A stretch of 64,000 nucleotides of DNA from a virus, in the IMG/VR virus record IMGVR_UViG_3300002933_000006, positions 5,202 to 69,201 of that record; one strand, written 5' to 3'. Below are positions 62,877 through 64,000 of this stretch, one piece after another. Numbering within the stretch: position 1 is the stretch's first letter; each line of letters begins with the position of its first letter. A program made the position numbers and the translations under genes. The notes under the pieces are model-generated. The model did no database searches. It was not told where the DNA came from and was given only the letters and a program-made list of their open reading frames with translations.

Positions 62877-63431
62877 TCAATATTTGTCAATCACTCGCCA
62901 CTTTGAATTTGGAGTGGCATCCATCTTACAAATTACACCTTGGTACAACCATAAATTTGCATTTTTGGTATCACGTTCAACAAACATACGGCACACACTA
63001 CGTTTATACACAAAATCTTTACGTTCGGTAGGAATACTGTGTATATCAGTTTCGGACTGCCATATGATATCACCAATCCGAACTGCGTGTACGGTAATTT
63101 CAGGTAAATCACTACATACCATTTGAGTATCTGCACGAACACTCTGCGGAGTCATTTCTTCCAAGATACTTCCACGATTGATATCTATTGCTTGAGCACA
63201 TGCTGTACCTTCATCTGGGCCGTAACCGGCACCTTCCGCTGTTTTCCAGTTGCCGCTTACTTGAACACGATATCGCATAACACATTTTTGTCCACGTAAA
63301 TCCGGTGTAACTAACTTTTGCCAATCTACTGGTTGTCCTTGAGTTAATCTAATAGACGATCTTACATAACACTCAGCATGAATTATACCCGATGCTAGTG
63401 TTAGAAGTAATAGTAATAGTAGTTTTTTCAT
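62877..63431 (-). CDS. Secreted Cys-containing protein
   Basis: Signal peptide ...IHA-EC; several Cys; ends W.VIDKY. Confidence 0.7.
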   Translation of the reverse strand: MKKLLLLLLLTLASGIIHAECYVRSSIRLTQGQPVDWQKLVTPDLRGQKCVMRYRVQVSGNWKTAEGAGYGPDEGTACAQAIDINRGSILEEMTPQSVRADTQMVCSDLPEITVHAVRIGDIIWQSETDIHSIPTERKDFVYKRSVCRMFVERDTKNANLWLYQGVICKMDATPNSKWRVIDKY

Positions 63432-63724
63432 TTGTATCTATTAGGGTTATTGCAACCAATACGTAAACTCCAAATAACAACCTTGGCACGACTGTTATAT
63501 TTGCGATCTTCCTCTGTTGGTAGATCTTCAGGATTCCTGCCGGTATAGCCTTTAAGATATAACTGTTGATTTATAGTTTCGCTAATTTGATCCACCCGTG
63601 AGCAATCATTGTCATGAACTACAATACTTTCAATATCTTGATATGACCATGCTCGTTGTTGGTAGGGAGTACGACTGGCGCATCCCACTAACCCAGCTAT
63701 TAACAAGACAGCTAACAATTTCAT
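63428..63724 (-). CDS. Lipoprotein
   Basis: Lipobox LVGC. Confidence 0.75.
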   Translation of the reverse strand: MKLLAVLLIAGLVGCASRTPYQQRAWSYQDIESIVVHDNDCSRVDQISETINQQLYLKGYTGRNPEDLPTEEDRKYNSRAKVVIWSLRIGCNNPNRYK

Positions 63725-64000
63725 TAGAACTGTGCCCGAGCTAAACGTGCTTCACGATTACGTTCCCAACTTGCATTAAGATCTGTATCATGTTTAAAAA
63801 GTTTGTAGTATGCACGATCCGTTACACCATTTCCTTCATTGATATAACCCTTTTCAATAAAGTCATAGTCAATGTCATAGCGTGGGATCAATGTTACTTG
63901 TGCATCTGCATCATGCAAGATCGGTAGTTGTTGCCACTGGAACAATAATCGTTGAATAGTCTGTTCCCATTGTGTCTTAGCCCATGGTGTCTTGGCACGG
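63724..64000 (-). CDS. Hypothetical protein, 3' part (start outside window)
   Basis: Frame open to the window end; TAATG overlap with the next gene. Confidence 0.6.
   Translation of the reverse strand, partial: RAKTPWAKTQWEQTIQRLLFQWQQLPILHDADAQVTLIPRYDIDYDFIEKGYINEGNGVTDRAYYKLFKHDTDLNASWERNREARLARAQF

Noticed and set aside
393-63142. Most plus-strand ORFs overlapping minus-strand genes (e.g. 393, 1648, 2852, 46015, 55321, 62195)
   Set aside because: They are antisense shadows of well-supported genes.
1-64000. Alternative genetic code (stop-codon reassignment) explaining the many short ORFs
   Set aside because: Long conserved genes are intact in the standard code, and the short ORFs end at a conserved motif using TAA, TGA and TAG.

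Overview
This 64 kb window is a segment of a large, AT-rich, T4-like/jumbo-type tailed phage genome read in the standard genetic code, with almost all genes on the minus strand. Core phage genes include a clamp-loader subunit, an ATP-dependent DNA ligase, a split DnaE N-terminal piece, a GroES-like co-chaperonin, PhoH, baseplate/tail and Ig-repeat structural proteins, and a GIY-YIG endonuclease. Host-like genes include IF-1, ErpA/IscA, an Fe/Mn SOD, ClpP, a Bug/TctC solute-binding protein and a secreted NucA-type nuclease. Eight copies of a sigma70-type early promoter share a conserved spacer, and there are many TAAATA late-promoter motifs. Five features stand out. (1) Two arrays (8.2-10.4 kb and 29.6-39.9 kb) hold about 35 small, highly divergent paralogues with a shared C-terminal F-x-x-[ED]-x-D-x-x-x-F-x-L-[KR]-W-[AS] motif, and in many of them the last codons also encode the Shine-Dalgarno site and overlapping start of the next gene. 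(2) Some array members carry N-terminal pieces resembling major-capsid segments (including the T4 Gol peptide) or tail-sheath segments, which suggests a decoy or mimic library. (3) A circularly permuted, two-piece tmRNA encodes the tag ANDNTFALAA. (4) An unassigned structured RNA of about 280-320 nt lies near the tmRNA. (5) A biosynthesis-like operon encodes a di-iron ferritin-like enzyme, an amidotransferase, a solute-binding protein, two P-loop/sulfotransferase-like proteins and a dioxygenase, with a divergent ACP-like methyltransferase fusion. All family assignments come from motif recognition by eye; no database searches were run.
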